Shown: positions 23,931-38,566, numbered from the stretch's first letter. The stretch: DNA of 64,000 bases from Octopus sinensis (GCF_006345805.1 NC_043000.1:72044001-72108000); one strand, 5' to 3'. The notes: generated by a model not told the origin, from the letters alone. Program-made: numbers and translations.

Positions 23931-25689
23931 AGATGGCGGCGTCCACTTTAAGACTTTTGAAAGGAAAATCAGTTCCTCCCCCAGCCTTTTTACAGCTGAA
24001 AACCTCCCCCTTCCACTTATCAAAAATAATACAGAAGAAAGGGAGGAGACAAAAGTGATGGAAACGGACAAAAGTCTAACCTGTCCTAAGAAAGAAGAGG
24101 TCAGCAGTGAAAAAGATGTTTATGACAGCAATAACGGTAGTAGCAAAAGCGGTGACACTGGAAGTGACAAAAGCGATAAAGACAGCAGCAATAGAGAGGG
24201 CGTGAAGTATAGCAGCAGTAACGGCAATATCAATAATGGCAGTAACAGTAGCAGAGACAGCAACTCAGGCGGCGGTGACAGGAGCAACGATAGCGGTGTT
24301 GGCGGAGTGAGTGGAGGCAGCGGTGGTGGTGATGATGGTAGCAACAGCGCAAGTAGCTACAACCTCACTACCACCGGTTGTATTAAAACTTCTTTCGCCG
24401 GCGCTGCAGCCTCAAAAGAACTCTTTACACAATCCCTAGAATATAAAGCCTCTAAATTAGGGAACGCAGCTAAATTTTTAAAAATCGGCGGGAAGTGGGT
24501 AGGATTAAAACCTCCATCAGAAATATTAGCAAATACAGCAAGGTAAACAGTAACATGCCATGGCTAATAATGCACAGACACGCGCTGAGGCTGCGACATC
24601 TCCAGCATTTTCTTAACGGTGAGGGGGTGCAGTCGCTGTTTGTCAGGCAGGATTTTCCGCAGCTCATCTCATTGATGATGGAGCCTCAATCCTGGATCAA
24701 GTATAGACCAAGGAAGAGCGCTTGGCACCGGGAGTGTTGGCAAGCGCTCACAGCCTTCTGCCAGTCGGGCAACGCGGTCGGTGGAAATTCCACTATGGAG
24801 TTCTATAGGGGATTAGTGGCGAGCAAGAGCGACGACGTCCTCGGGTAAACTCTGAGCGTGTGGAGGGATTAATTAACTGGTCAATTCCGGGGGACTTTCG
24901 GGCCGGGGCATATGGATAACTTTCAGGAATCTCTGGCCTGGTAGTGCTACCAGGGAGCTCTGCCGGTCGGAGAAAGCTCTACAGACACGGTAGTGTTGTC
25001 AGTCGGACCTGTCCGAGGTGTGTTCAGGGCGACGAAACCGTCCTGCATGCACTTGTCCAGTGTCCGTGCATTAATGACTTGTGAAATCCTTGTCGAACAG
25101 CTGTTATCGCGTGAAGGACTGATCCGGTTATCAACTGAGTCCATCGTAAAGATCGTCCCGCCACTTTCCTTTGGCCTGGAAGGAAAGGTAGTTTTTTTCC
25201 TGTCTGGTGACTATGGCGAAGGAGGGAGTGTGGTAGACGAGAGTGAAAGGATTGAAGATATACTTTCCACTTCGTCCAAGCCCTCATCGACTTTTTAAGT
25301 TCCACTTGAAAAGGAAAGTGAAGGTAGAGGAAGAAGTTCTGCCTGCACCCCCGCCAGTAAATTTGTTGAAGGTGGGTGAATGTGGCGAGGATGGCACGTG
25401 TGAATGGGTCCACTCTGAACTTTCGCTTATAAACCGGAAGAGTTGAAGAGAGGTGCACTCGGCGGTCGGGATAACCAGAATGTGTGGGGTTCCTCGATTG
25501 TCCCTGTGAGGAAAAACCCCGTTTGGGGGAATTTTTACTGTTTAAGTGTTTTGTTAATTGTATTTCTTATTTCTTGTAAAAATGATATTCAACACTTATT
25601 GTATACAGCGTATTCAACAGCCCGCTTATCCCTTGTATTGTTTTGTCCCTAATTGTTCTGTGTTCGGCCCTTGTGGCCAATAAAAGAAA
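23931..25689 (+). mobile_element. Internally deleted Tx1/L1-clade LINE (ORF1 start joined to ORF2 C-terminus)
   Basis: aagatggcggc start and a low-complexity ORF1-like region to ~24545, then frameshifted ORF2 3' part with CCHC TCPRCVQGDETVLHALVQC (25010-25063); aataaa at the 3' end. The ORF1 assignment is less certain than ORF2. Confidence 0.65.
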
Positions 25690-25709
25690 TTATTATTATT
25701 ATTATTATT

Positions 25710-26274
25710 GAGTGAGAGAGCAGTTCATGCCATCAAAGTGACACTGGGGTAAAATATACGAAGCCCAATATACCCATCATGACTACCCGTCTGATAAAGG
25801 TACACCAGGCACATGCATCACAACCATATGTGCGCGACATGGTGATCTCATATCAAGATAAACAGCACATGACCTTGCAGGTGGGGCCCAGTTAGTATTT
25901 TCTTCAGGTTGAGTAGCCCATCCTGCTCAAACGGTCCCTGAATAAGGGTTGTTTAAGGATGTTGAAAGAACCACCCATGTTTCCAGAGGTGAACTATTCA
26001 AACCCTAAAGAATACCTCTCAACACATGGCTATGATGCTCCCCCACTACTTCTGCTCGTGATCAGAGATGCACATATCCTCAGCCACTAAGGGACATGCT
26101 CAACTGGTTATGGTCAAACAACTGACAAGCAAATCTGTGGTATTGAGCAGAATATTTGCTGTAGCCCATCTTTTATACCAAGACAAAACAATGTACATGA
26201 TAACACTTCCAATCAGTTAAGATCAGAAGCCATGAGAGCCACTGCCTGGTACTGCATCAGGGCATGGTACTGCA

Positions 26275-26277
<3 letters not shown>
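25710..26277 (-). mobile_element. ~550-bp SINE-like element, copy 2
   Basis: See copy 1. Confidence 0.85.
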
Positions 26278-26339
<62 letters not shown>

Positions 26340-26888
26340 GAGTGATAGAGCAGTGCATGCCATCAAAGTGATACTGGGGTAAAAATATACGAAGCCCAGT
26401 ATACCCATCATGACTACCCATCTGATAAGGGTACACTAGGCACATGCATCACAACCATACGTGCGCGGCATGGTGATCTCATTTCAAGCACATGACTTTG
26501 CAGGTGATGCCCAGTTAGAATTTTCTTCTGGTCGAGTAACCCATCCCGCTCAAAAGGTCCCTGAATAAGGGTTGTTTAAGGATGTTGAACGAACCACCCA
26601 TGTTTCCAGAGGTGAATTATTCAAACCCCAAAGAATCCCTCTCAACACATGGCTGCGATGCTCCCCCACTACTTCTGCTCCTGATCAGAGATGCACATAT
26701 CGTCGCCACTAAGGGACATGCTCAACTGGTTAAGTCAAACAACTGACAAGCAAATCTGTGGTATTGAGCAGAATATTTGCTGTAACCCATCTTTTATACC
26801 AAGACAAAACAATGTACATGATAACACTTCCAATCAGTTAAGATCAGAAGCCACGCGAGCCACTGCCTGGTACAGCATCAGGGCATTT
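26340..26888 (-). mobile_element. ~550-bp SINE-like element, copy 3
   Basis: See copy 1; lacks the 5' tgatgcagtacca duplication. Confidence 0.85.
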
Positions 26889-26896
26889 GTTATTAT

Positions 26897-27470
<574 letters not shown>

Positions 27471-27840
27471 TGCTCCGAAGTAATATTAAACGCGATTACG
27501 AGTCTCCTTGAAAAATTTCTCTCTTGATATTAACCTTCCCTAAACTGTCACCTAAATAGAGATCTATTTTCCATTTCTTCATGTTAATGCTACTTAATTC
27601 TCTTATGTTGTCTGCAATACTGAATATGCTCAAATATTCACTTATCTATGAGTGTGGGATCATGTCATAACTTATTCATGAGTATGGAATCAGGCTGCAT
27701 TTCGTCCGTCTATACGTTCTGAGTTCCCAATTCTACCAACGTCTGCTTTGTCTTTCATCCTTTCGGGGTCGATAAATTAAGTACTATTTGAACGACGGTC
27801 GATATTATCGACTTAACCCTCCCCTTCAACCGAATTGCTA

Positions 27841-27880
<40 letters not shown>

Positions 27881-27890
27881 GTTATTATTA

Positions 27891-27970
<80 letters not shown>

Positions 27971-27973
<3 letters not shown>

Positions 27974-30900
27974 TAGTTTTATTTTTATAGCGTGCTTTCA
28001 CTTCACTACCGAGCGCAGCTCTGTGTGCCTTGGGTATGTGCTGTGATTTGTTGTGATGCTCTGATGGTTATTGTATGGAAAGTGTTCTGCGTAGGATGTG
28101 TGCAGTGCCTAGTAGTGCAATTTTCTGTATGTTATATGTGTTTGTAAGTCCTGGTGTTTTTGTTATGTATTTGTCTGAATATTTTTTTATCATGCCTAAT
28201 GCACCTACTATGATAGGAATTGTTTCTGTTTACAGGTTCCACATTCTAGTTACCTCTATTTCCAGGTCTTTGTATTTTGAGAGTTTCTCCATTTCTTTTA
28301 GAGACACGTTGTCATCTGCCGGTATTGATACATCAATTAGAAAGCATTCTTTTTCTTCATGATCTCTGACACTATATCTGGTCTGTTGGCCTTAATTTCT
28401 CTATCTGTGTGTATCGGCATATCCCAGAGTATGGTTGCTTCTCGTTTTCTGTGACCTTTTCTGGTGTGTGCCTATACCATCTTTTTTCTGTTGTTATTCC
28501 ATAATGTTGGCATAGCTTCCAATGTATGTAGGTTCCAACTCTGTCATGTCTGTGAATATATTCCTTCTTGGCCAGGACTGGGCAGCTAGAGATAATATGA
28601 TTTATTGTTTCTTGTCCATCTCCACATATTCTGCAGTTACTTGTAATATTTCTTTTCATTACATGTTTTTGGTAATTTCTGGTGGGGAGGCTTTGGTCTT
28701 GTGCTGCAATTAAAAATCCCTCTGTTTCTGCTTTGAGTCCTGAGCTTCTCAACCATTGCTGGGATTTTTCTTTGTCTATTTCTTTTGCGTTTAGTTTAGT
28801 GCAGTATTTACCATGTAGAGGCTTTTCTTGCCATCGTTTTATCATGGCTCGTTGCTGTTCTATTTTTAGTTTGGATTTCATTTGTTTTATAGCTTTTGTT
28901 GTTTCTTCATCATTTTCTTCTTCTTCTTTGTGTTTATTAGGTGGTATGATTTCTTGTTTGTATTTGTCAGCTTCCTTAAATACTGAGAACAGTTTTTGTT
29001 TTGCTCGTGTTTTGCTGCTATCTGGACCAGTTTTCCTTCCTTCTGAAGTAGTATTTTTGCAGTCCTATGGTGGTTATTTTATAGTAGTTTTCCAGCTGTA
29101 TAAGGCCTCTACCACCTTCTATACGTTGTATATATAGTCTTTCTATGTCAGATTTTGGGTGATGCATCCTAGATCCTGTCAGTATTTTTCTTGTTTTCCT
29201 ATCTATTTTGGACAGTTCATTTCGTGTCCAGTTAAGGATATTGTAGCTGTAACTTATAACTGGGACAGCTAAAGTGTTGATACCTATTATCTTGTTTTTA
29301 GCATTGAGCTCTGTTTTTAGTATTGATCTAACTCGTCTATAATATTCTTTTTTTAATTTTCTCTTTCATTTGTGTGTGTTGTGTCTTATCTAGTTCATGG
29401 ATTCCTAAGTATTTGTAAGTTTGGCTTTGGTCTAATTCTTTTATTTCATTGGTTTTATCTAGTGTGATGTTGTTACTCTTAACTAGTTTTCCTCTTTTCA
29501 TGGTTACTTTGGCGCATTTTTCTAATCCAAATTTCATATCTATTTCTTTGGTAAATCCATGAACTGTCTTAATAGTGTCTCCAGCTGTTTGTCATTTGCA
29601 GCGTATAGTTTTAGGTCATCCATATATAAAAGGTGGCTGATCGTTTTGCCGTAACATTTATATCCGCATCCAGTTCTATTTAGCATATCAGATAGAGGTG
29701 ACAGTGCCAAGCAGAAAAGGAGTGGAGAGAGCGTGTCTCCCTGGAATATTCCTCTTCTAATGGGGATGTCTTTGGTTTTCATGAGTCCCTCTTTTGTTTG
29801 GAGGTGTAGGACTGTTTGCCATTTATTCATAGAGTGCTCTATGAATTTTATGATTGTTGGTGCTACTTTGTTAATGGCTAGTGTTTCGAGGATCCATGTG
29901 TGGGGGATGCTATCAAACGCCTTTTTGTAGTCAATCCAGGCCATACTGAGGCCTTTCTTCTTTCTGTGGCTGTCTTCAGTTATGGCTTTATTAATCATTA
30001 GTTGATCTTTACAGCCATATGAGCCCTTGCGGCATCCTTTCTGCTCTTCTGGGAACAGTTTGTTTTCGTCCAGGTGCTTGTTCAGCCTTTGCGATATCAC
30101 TGCAGTAAATGCATTGAACATAGTAGGGAGGCAGGTTATTGGTCTGTAGTTTTCTGGTTTTGTTGTTTCATTTGATTTGGGAATTAAGATGGTTTTCCCC
30201 TTCGTGAGCCATTCAGGCATTGTCTCTGGCTCTGTTAGTATGCTGTTAAAGTTTTCAGCCAGCTTTTTGTGCATTCCTGTTAGATATTTCAACCAAAAGT
30301 TGGGGATCTTGTCATGCCCAGGTGCCTTCCAGTTGCTTAGTTTTTGCAGTGCCTGGGTGACCTCTTCAGTTGTTATGGGGGTCCAAAGTTGTTCAGATGC
30401 CGAGTTTGTTATTTTCATACTCCTTTTTTTTGGCTGTTCGTTCGCCGACCATATTTCTTTCCAGAATTCTTCCAATTCTTCTGCCGTTGGTGCTGCAGTG
30501 ACTTCTATTTTATTTTTGCCCAGTTCTTGGTAGAACTTTTTGGGGTCGGAGTTGAACTTTTTGTTCTGTTCAAAGAAGCGTTGGCGTTTCTCGTACTGGC
30601 GGATCCTTTGAGCTTTGGTAAGGATATCTTGCTTCAGCTTTTCTTTTATCTCCGGCAAATCTTTTTCTGTGATGTTATATTTGCGGAGCATTTTTGTTCT
30701 CTTTTTGTTGCTCAGTAGCGTTGCTTGTTTGCTGATTTCATTAAGAATCGACAGGTCTTTTCTAATTTTTTTTATTTTGTTTTGGATGTTATTTATCCAC
30801 AGGGTTTGTTTGGGTGGTGGTACTCCTGTTTGGGCGGGTTTGGGTGAGTATCCAGCTTCTTTTGTGGCTGCAGTGGCTGCTGCGTATATCAAGTCATTTA

Positions 30901-31929
30901 GTTCAGCGATATCACTTTTTTTTGTTTCAGTGGCTAGTTCAGTGACGGCTAGGTTTATGTTGTTTTTAATTGGTGTTGTTATTGCGTTTATTTTTATTCT
31001 TGGGAGGTATGGTCGGTGGTCCATTTTGAGCTCTTTGGTTTTTAGTTCTTTGATTATTTTATTTTTTATATTATCATAATCATTAGGCTCCCCTTCGTTG
31101 TTTACATCGTGTTTGTTGGGAATGTTGCGTTTGTCTTCGTGTTTTACAGTTTCAGTGTTTATATTATTGGGCATTGTTGTGTGGCTTCTATCTACATTTT
31201 CCTGGTGTATTTTTTCTTTTAAATGTTCTATTTCTATTTCTGATATTTGTTTGGCTTTGAGAATGTATCTTCGTACATTAGCTAATTTATTAGGGTTCAT
31301 TGCTGTATCCAAGTCTATATCTCTATTATTTTCCTTCCATATTTTATATGTATGTGTTGTTGTATTTTCATTTTGTGGGTAGAGCATTGCTGTGAAGTAT
31401 GCGTGTAAGATAGAAATGTATTCCTCACGTGTCCATTTACGTCTTTTGGGTTTTAATTGCGGGACATGAGGTACAACGTCCGGCCCATTATTTTGACGGT
31501 CGTCATTTTCGTAGGGTACCGGTCCGTTTATTTCTGATGTCACATTATTTCGCACGTGTAGTTTTTCGTACATTTTTTGTTGTAGGTTTAATGTACGTAC
31601 CGCTCGATTGTTATTCTTGGGTTGAATAGTATCGGTGGCATTTAATTTCTTCGTAGTTCCTTTGTACATGGTGTTTGAGGTCGTAGATGATCGTGTTGTT
31701 CCACGCATGTTTACATGTGTTGTGTTAGAGGTGGAGATAATATCGAGTCAAAATACATCATTTCGTTTCGAAAATAGTAATAAATTTCAATTCGTATTAC
31801 TTACTCGGATATAGTCCAATTCTTTGTTTGTAAATCTTTGGCTCCATAGGGTGTCCTTGTTTTCGATGTTTGTGGATAGATTTCGGAGCTCTGTATTTTC
31901 CTTCTTACATCTTAAACGTCCCCGGTGTC

Positions 31930-31930
<1 letters not shown>
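27971..31930 (-). mobile_element. Apparently full-length R4/Dong-clade non-LTR retrotransposon in (TAA)n, single ORF broken by small indels
   Basis: ORF 29540-31708 (Myb-like RRKWTREE, RT WIDYKKAFDSIPH, GIFQGDTLSPLLF, YMDDLKLY), CCHC CRICGDGQETINHIISSC, RLE RPDIV...IDVSIP...EKLSKYKDL; (ATT)n on both flanks. Confidence 0.92.
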
Positions 31931-32024
<94 letters not shown>

Positions 32025-32026
32025 TA

Positions 32027-32061
<35 letters not shown>

Positions 32062-32150
32062 ATGATAATATAATAATAATAATAATAATAATATAATAAT
32101 ATAATAATAATAATAATAATATAATAATAATATAATAATAATAATTATTA

Positions 32151-32179
<29 letters not shown>

Positions 32180-32181
<2 letters not shown>

Positions 32182-35100
32182 ATTTTGGTTTGGCTCAGGT
32201 TCGGTCTTATTCCTGGTAGGAATTATGTGAGTAGCGGGTTACTATCTGTAACCTTAGGTATTCACAAGTTTTCAGCAGTGTTTCAAGTGCTTAGAACCCA
32301 CCTGATAATCTTTGCTGTCCTTAAGAAACAAACTTTCTGTAGGAGATCTACCGGGCATTCTATTTCAGTCTCCCTCAGCCATTTGTCTATAGGAGCTCTA
32401 CTGGGCATTCTATTTCAGTCTCCCTCAGCCATTCGTCTATATCCTATGGTTCCTATCGCACCAATTATTATTGGCATGACCTTTACAGCTTTCACACTCC
32501 AAATTCTTCCTATTTCAAATTTTAAGGGATTGTATTTTTCCCCCTTTCCTTAAGATCCTGGAATCAAACGGGCATGATGGGTCAGTAGGTAAGCAACTTT
32601 ACTTTCTCTTATCTATAATCGTTATGTCTGGTTTATTATTTTCTCACTTCTTGTCCTTTGAATAGGCAAGTTCCACAAAATCTTACATTTCTCCGATTCC
32701 AGTACTCTTCAACTCGATGATTGTACCATGTGTTTCCATTTCTAGCACGATTTCCAGTGTAAAACTTTTACAACCTGGTCGTGCCTCCGTTTCTTATATT
32801 CTTCCGTCATAGTGTGTTCCACAGTCTCGTTCGAAGTTCCATTGGCTCTACATTCTTCTGATACATTCTCTCCTTATATATTTTTCTCAAGTTTGTTTTT
32901 ATCGCTTGATCTTAGGCTGCTACAATTAGGCTCTTTGTGTCTTCTATTTAATTGCCACCCCCTTTTTTTAACCAAGCCCAGGATTTTGTTTCATATACGT
33001 TTCTCCAAAATTGGCCATGCAAAATTGGCTCTCCAAAATTGGCCTTGCAGAGGTTTCTCTTCGGTCTGTCTGACATGCCCTCGTTATGTTTCGTTCTTGT
33101 CCAATTACGCGTTTCATCACCTGTTCTTTACTTACGGTCTTTAGTAGTTTCTCTCTGCTGCTCTGTAAATAATATACTGGACTTTTTCTTTCCATCTGTA
33201 TACATTCTTCTACTGCTATTAAGCCTCTTCCACCCTGGTATCTCCTCAAGTTTCATTATATCATTTTTGACTCAGTCTATAATTCCAACTCCATATGTAA
33301 TTAAGGCTACTGCTCTTGAAATTATTCCTTCAATACGATTTTTTTAATTCAGCCTTGATTGCAATAATTTTCTTACTCTCCTGGTGTACTCCCTAGTGGT
33401 AATTTGTTTCATTTCTTCATTTTTTATCTTGTCTGCTTCTAGAATTTCCAAAGTATTTATACCACTGTCCTTTTCAATCGCTCTAATTGTTTGCCCATTT
33501 GGCATTTCAATTTTTGAGCTTCTTTCAAATGTCCCACGTTCATTTTCAATATAGCACGCTCTTTTTATCGCAAATTCCATACCTACACCATTTGAGAAAA
33601 TGCGGATAGTAGGTACAAGACTTTCAAGTTGTTTCTCATGTTTCACATAAACCCTTATATCATCCATAGAAAGGAAATGATTTACCTGACCATTTCCTTT
33701 TCCTAAATCGTGAGCAATTTTAACTTTTCGTAGTATCACAGTGAGCGGTGTCATGGTCAATACGAATAATAATGGAGGTAACCTATCACCTTGGAATATT
33801 CCACCATTGATGTTCATTTTTCAGAATTTTTGTTTCCCTCCGATCTATTCAGTATCCCAATGTTTCATACTTTCATTAAGCCTTTCTCTATGTTTTTGCT
33901 ATTCCAAACATTGTTTTACTTGTCCTACTGTATGGTACCGTGTCATATGCTTTTTTGTAATCTGGCCATGCTACATTCCGTCCCGTCAATCTGCGTCTTC
34001 AACTTCTAATTATCATTTTATCTACTAATAAGTGATATTTTGCTGCCCTACTTTGTTTCCTGCATCCTTTCTGTTCTTCTGGAAGTAGATTGTTATTTTC
34101 CAGATGGTTGTATAACTCTTCCATCAAGGCATCGGTCATAAACTTCAACTTTAGTAGCAAATAGGTTATAGGTCGAAAATTTGAGGTCAAGTTCCCTTTC
34201 AAAGGATCGTTGAGGCATAGCAGCGTTCTTCCACTTGTCATCCAGGCAGGGACGTGACCTTGATGCAGGCAGTCATCCAGTCACGCAGCGATCCTTTCAT
34301 GCAACTGTATAAAGTTCTGCAGCCAATAGCCTTGTACTCCACCCGGGCTTGGTCCTTTCCAATTTGGTATTTTTTAAACTTCTGTCTCACTGTATATAGA
34401 TTAATTCTGACGTTCATTTGCGTAATACAGTTGCAAGCTGTCTTTCCACCTTTGTTAACCACTCCACTCTTTCTTTATGTTTCACCGGCCTTTTCCACAA
34501 CCTTCCCTAAAATTCTTTACTTCCTTCTACATCGGGAATCAGTTCCTGGTGTTTGGACTCCCGCTATTTTCTCAAATAGACGCCTTCTATTTGATTGGAA
34601 CAGTCTATTCTGTTTTAAACCTTTGCATCTAGCATCATATTTCAATTTGGCCTTTAATGCTGTTACCTTTAGTGTCAGTTCTTCATGTACTGTTTGTTCC
34701 CCTTTCTTCTAACCTGTACTGTCCATTCAATTTTCTGATTAGTACCTTATTCTCCAGCTCTCCTCTCATCATCCTATTCGATTGGTCCAGTTCTTTCCGT
34801 GTCTTTCCCATCTTCTTTCGTATTTTCTTCCCCCAGTTTGGTTCTTTCTTTTCATTTACTTTTATATCTTCAGTTTTTCGCTTGTAACCTACTATGTTAG
34901 CTACGACCTTAGCAGCAGCTATGAATAGCTGGTTTGTTCCACTGATGCTTTCTGTTTTTATCAAGCTTAAAACGTCATTTACTTTGGTTTTACTCACTTG
35001 TTTTCTATCCATGTAACTTACATTTGGTGGTACTTCATTATTCCCATCAAACATTTTATCTCGTAACATTTCAAAAATCTTCTTCTCTTCATCATTCAGT

Positions 35101-35930
35101 ACTTACTATCACTTGTCCATCTAGATCATCTTCATTATTTACTTTATCAGTATTCTCTGGTACTCTGCGTTTTCCATATGTTTCATGTTCTTCATCTCTT
35201 ACCCTTAATTACCACTTTCTGCTACTGCTGTTTCACTCTCCTTCTGCTCTTTTTTATTATGTTCCTCTGAATTTCTTCAATCTCTACTCTTGTAATCCAG
35301 TTGTTCCTACAGATTGCTCTTGCTTGGTCTATCAGTTGCTGGGCAGATGTTTCAAAACCTCCCTTTTCATCGCATATTCTCTTCATTCGATTCATGAAGC
35401 CTCTTTTATTTGACTCACTTCTCAGCCAGCACTCTATTACTATTTTGTTTACATCCTTTTCCCATTTCATTCTTTTTCTTTTGTGCTTTTCTTCTGTTAT
35501 TATTATCATTTTTAACTGTGGAACGTCTCTTGTTGCCCCAAATTTTGTGTTTTCCGAACTCTTTGAGCGTTTGTTTGCTTAATGTTTGATGGGAAGAGAA
35601 GCTTTTCAACTTATTTTAGGTGTAAGGAGCTGATTTAAAACGTAATTGTTTTGAGAAATGGAAAACATCCAGCATCCCAATCGCAATATTACTAGTGGTA
35701 GTGGTAAGGACAGTATTTCAGATGTATATTTGGATTGCTTTGATAGACCGAGTGGTCCTGTATCTGTTTAGCTCCTTGTTAGGTCCTCCTGTATCAAGAG
35801 GCTATATTCTCTTCGATCTGTACGTCATATTTACCTTTACTTTTTATCTCGTTCAATCTTTTCTTCTTCCGTTTTCTGTATAACTCCAGTACTTTATGTA
35901 TCCGGTTTTTGTAATGTCAACTTCAGACGT
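32180..35930 (-). mobile_element. Second, more decayed R4/Dong element
   Basis: N-terminal KWEKDVNKIVIEC, GIFQGDRLPPLLF, SMDDI, QGGRGLIAVEEC, RLE IGRIWSVKAVKVMPIIIGAIG; 3' end abuts (TAA)n; 50-bp tandem duplication at ~32349-32445. The 5' limit is approximate. Confidence 0.85.
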
Positions 35931-36539
35931 TAACTTGTTGCGTATCAATGAAGTAATTCAAAAGGAATTCTTAGTGAATAATATAAATCATTGGGTGAAG
36001 AAAACTTGATTTCTAGAACCAAATAATGGTTTAAGATAGTAGATGGTGATTTAAGGTAGATTTGGTTGCTATTTCTTGCATAACACTCGACCACACAGAC
36101 GCCCTCTCATTAGCAAATCTTTTATTCTTTTCTATGTGTTTAATTTGTTTCGACTTAATAAGGATGAATTATCTTAAAAACGGAAGATGTCTAGCATGAG
36201 GTTAATTATCATTGCGATGAAAACGATACGCTATAACTAACTACCAATCCTTTTTTTGTTACTCATGCATATATATCCCACGTTTTTTCACACAAAATAA
36301 AACTTCCTATTTTAACGACTGTTTATCAGTAAACAATGATTTCATTATTTTTCGGTTGTTACTAATTCAATTACGTCATTTGTTAGCACCTACGCATTGA
36401 ATTCTTGCTCTCTCTCTCGCTCTCTCTGTATGTGTATAATTATACAGGCAATCAAATATGCATACACACACTCACACACATACACGCATATAAAATGGGT
36501 GGGTGTAAGCACATATAAGTAAATACATACATGCACATC

Positions 36540-36558
36540 ATATATATATATATAGATG

Positions 36559-36647
<89 letters not shown>

Positions 36648-36648
36648 G

Positions 36649-36687
<39 letters not shown>

Positions 36688-36700
36688 GTAGATAGATAGA
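36540..36700. repeat. (GATA)n microsatellite
   Basis: Direct reading. Confidence 0.95.
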
Positions 36701-36701
36701 G

Positions 36702-36965
36702 TGTCCCAAAAATGTATGCACACTTTAAATACCCGTAGCTCGTTTAAATTTCATTTCTTTTGAGATTTAACCCATTAGAAATAATGAAAGGAGCCAGACT
36801 AAGCTTTGAAAATGCTACTACAAGTTTGAAAATGCAGTGCAAAGGTAGTTGAGGAAGAAGTTTCAAACAGATCTACCATCACTCGAGTTAGAGATAACTG
36901 CAAAACAGATGGAACTGTTCAAAATGTCCACAAGAAATGTTTCAAGAAGTGTATGGTCCTCAAGA
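36702..36965 (+). mobile_element. Tc1/mariner-superfamily 5' fragment (N-terminal HTH)
   Basis: TIR-like gagtgtcccaaaa, then decayed YYKFENA...FQTDLPS...ITRVRDNCKTDGTVQNVHK. Confidence 0.55.
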
Positions 36966-36989
36966 GCACGATGTTACACCTATTTTTTC

Positions 36990-38566
36990 ATCTAATAGAG
37001 AGATACTATTAACTGACAAATCTGAAATCCTAAAACGATGGAAAGATCACTTCGAAGCCGTGTTGAACACTCCATCTCAGTCACTAATGATGACGTCATA
37101 ATGTCTATTCCACAGAACGCTGAAATACTGTGGAGCCAACCTTCCTGGAAGTAGTAAACTCCGTGAAACTGATCTCTCCTAGTAAAGCACCTGGAAGGGA
37201 TGCTGTCACACTTGAAATCTACAAGCATGGTGATCAGAAGCTTTCCAAGAAATTGCATAACCTTTACATAAATATTTGGATGGTAGGCCGTGTGCCACAG
37301 GACTTCAAGGATGCCTCAATTCAACATCTTTATAAGAACGAAGGAAACAGAAATTTCTGTGATAAACATCGCGGGATATCGTGCTCGACTCATTCTTGAC
37401 AGGATCATCAAACACGTCGTAAATTACATCTATCTAGAATCACAGTGTGGATTTTGCTCTGGTCGTGACACTATCGACATGATATTTTCCCTTTGTCAGA
37501 TCATGGAGAAGGTAGGTGAGAAAAATCAAGAATGGTTCATGTTGTTTGTTGATCTTACTAAGGCCTTCGATATTGTTAGCCGGCATGCAAGTTTTGCAAA
37601 AGCTTGATATGCCTGACAAGACTTTGAATTTTATCATCTCCTTTCATGAGAGAATGAAAGCGACAATCGTTTCCGGCGGGTTTTCATCGGCTTCCTTCAA
37701 TATTACAACGGCACAAAGCAAAGTTGTGCTATGGCTCCTGCTTTGTTTGCACTCTTCTTTTCAATGATGCTGAGGTATGCTTTTGATGACGTACAAAGTG
37801 GTGTCAAATTCCAGTTTCGAACAAGTGGTGGACTATTCTATCATCAGCGTTTCAAAGCAAAAACACTGCTATGCACCAGTATCATTCGTGATCTACTTTT
37901 TGCAGATGATGCTGCACTAATACCGACCTCTTTAGAGGGGGCTTCGAACTTCTAGACTGGTTTTCTGCTGCATGTAATGTCTTTAGCTTGACCATCAGCG
38001 TGAAGAAGACGGAAGTGATCCACCAACCTTTCACTACTCCTAATCAAATTCAAGATGTCAAGCAAAGGCCATCGATTCACAATTTCCCTGACAAGTTGAT
38101 GGGAAAAATCTAAAGTATGTGAAGTCATTTACATATTTTGGTATTAAAGTGAACTTCCCATAATGATGAAATCGTCAACCGTCTTGCAAACTCCGTCATC
38201 GTCCATGGAATGAAAGGGGCATTAAACTTGACATCAAAGTGCAGGTCTACAAAGCTGCTATCCTTACAATTCTCTTGCATGGTTCAGAATCGTGGACACC
38301 CTGTAGACGGCACATGAACCAAGTAGAAATCTTCTGCAAAGGCTGTCTCAGGACAATCTGCAGTTATTCACTAAAAGACGGTTTTTGCAAGTGTAAGATT
38401 GGTGGAATCGAGAGCTTCCTTATACGGTCGTATTGTACTGGGCTGGCCATATCATCAGAATTAGTGACGAAAGAATACCCAAAGTTCCTATGTACAGCCA
38501 GCTTTATAATGGGAATGTTGGTCGACCATGTCTCAGATATAAGGACATACTGAAGAGTAACCTCTC
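36990..38566 (+). mobile_element. Decayed RTE-clade (BovB-like) LINE
   Basis: KAPGRD, VPQDFKDASIQHLYK, FVDLTKAFD, RDLLFADDAAL, LLHGSESWT, WAGHIIRISDERIPK. Confidence 0.9.

Noticed and set aside
24055-24546. 163-aa Ser/Gly-rich ORF as a host gene
   Set aside because: No splice context; contiguous with a Tx1/L1 ORF2 remnant, so it is treated as element ORF1.
23073-26888. Regularly spaced repeats as a CRISPR-like array
   Set aside because: The units are ~550-bp retroelement copies separated by microsatellites in eukaryotic DNA; no cas genes.
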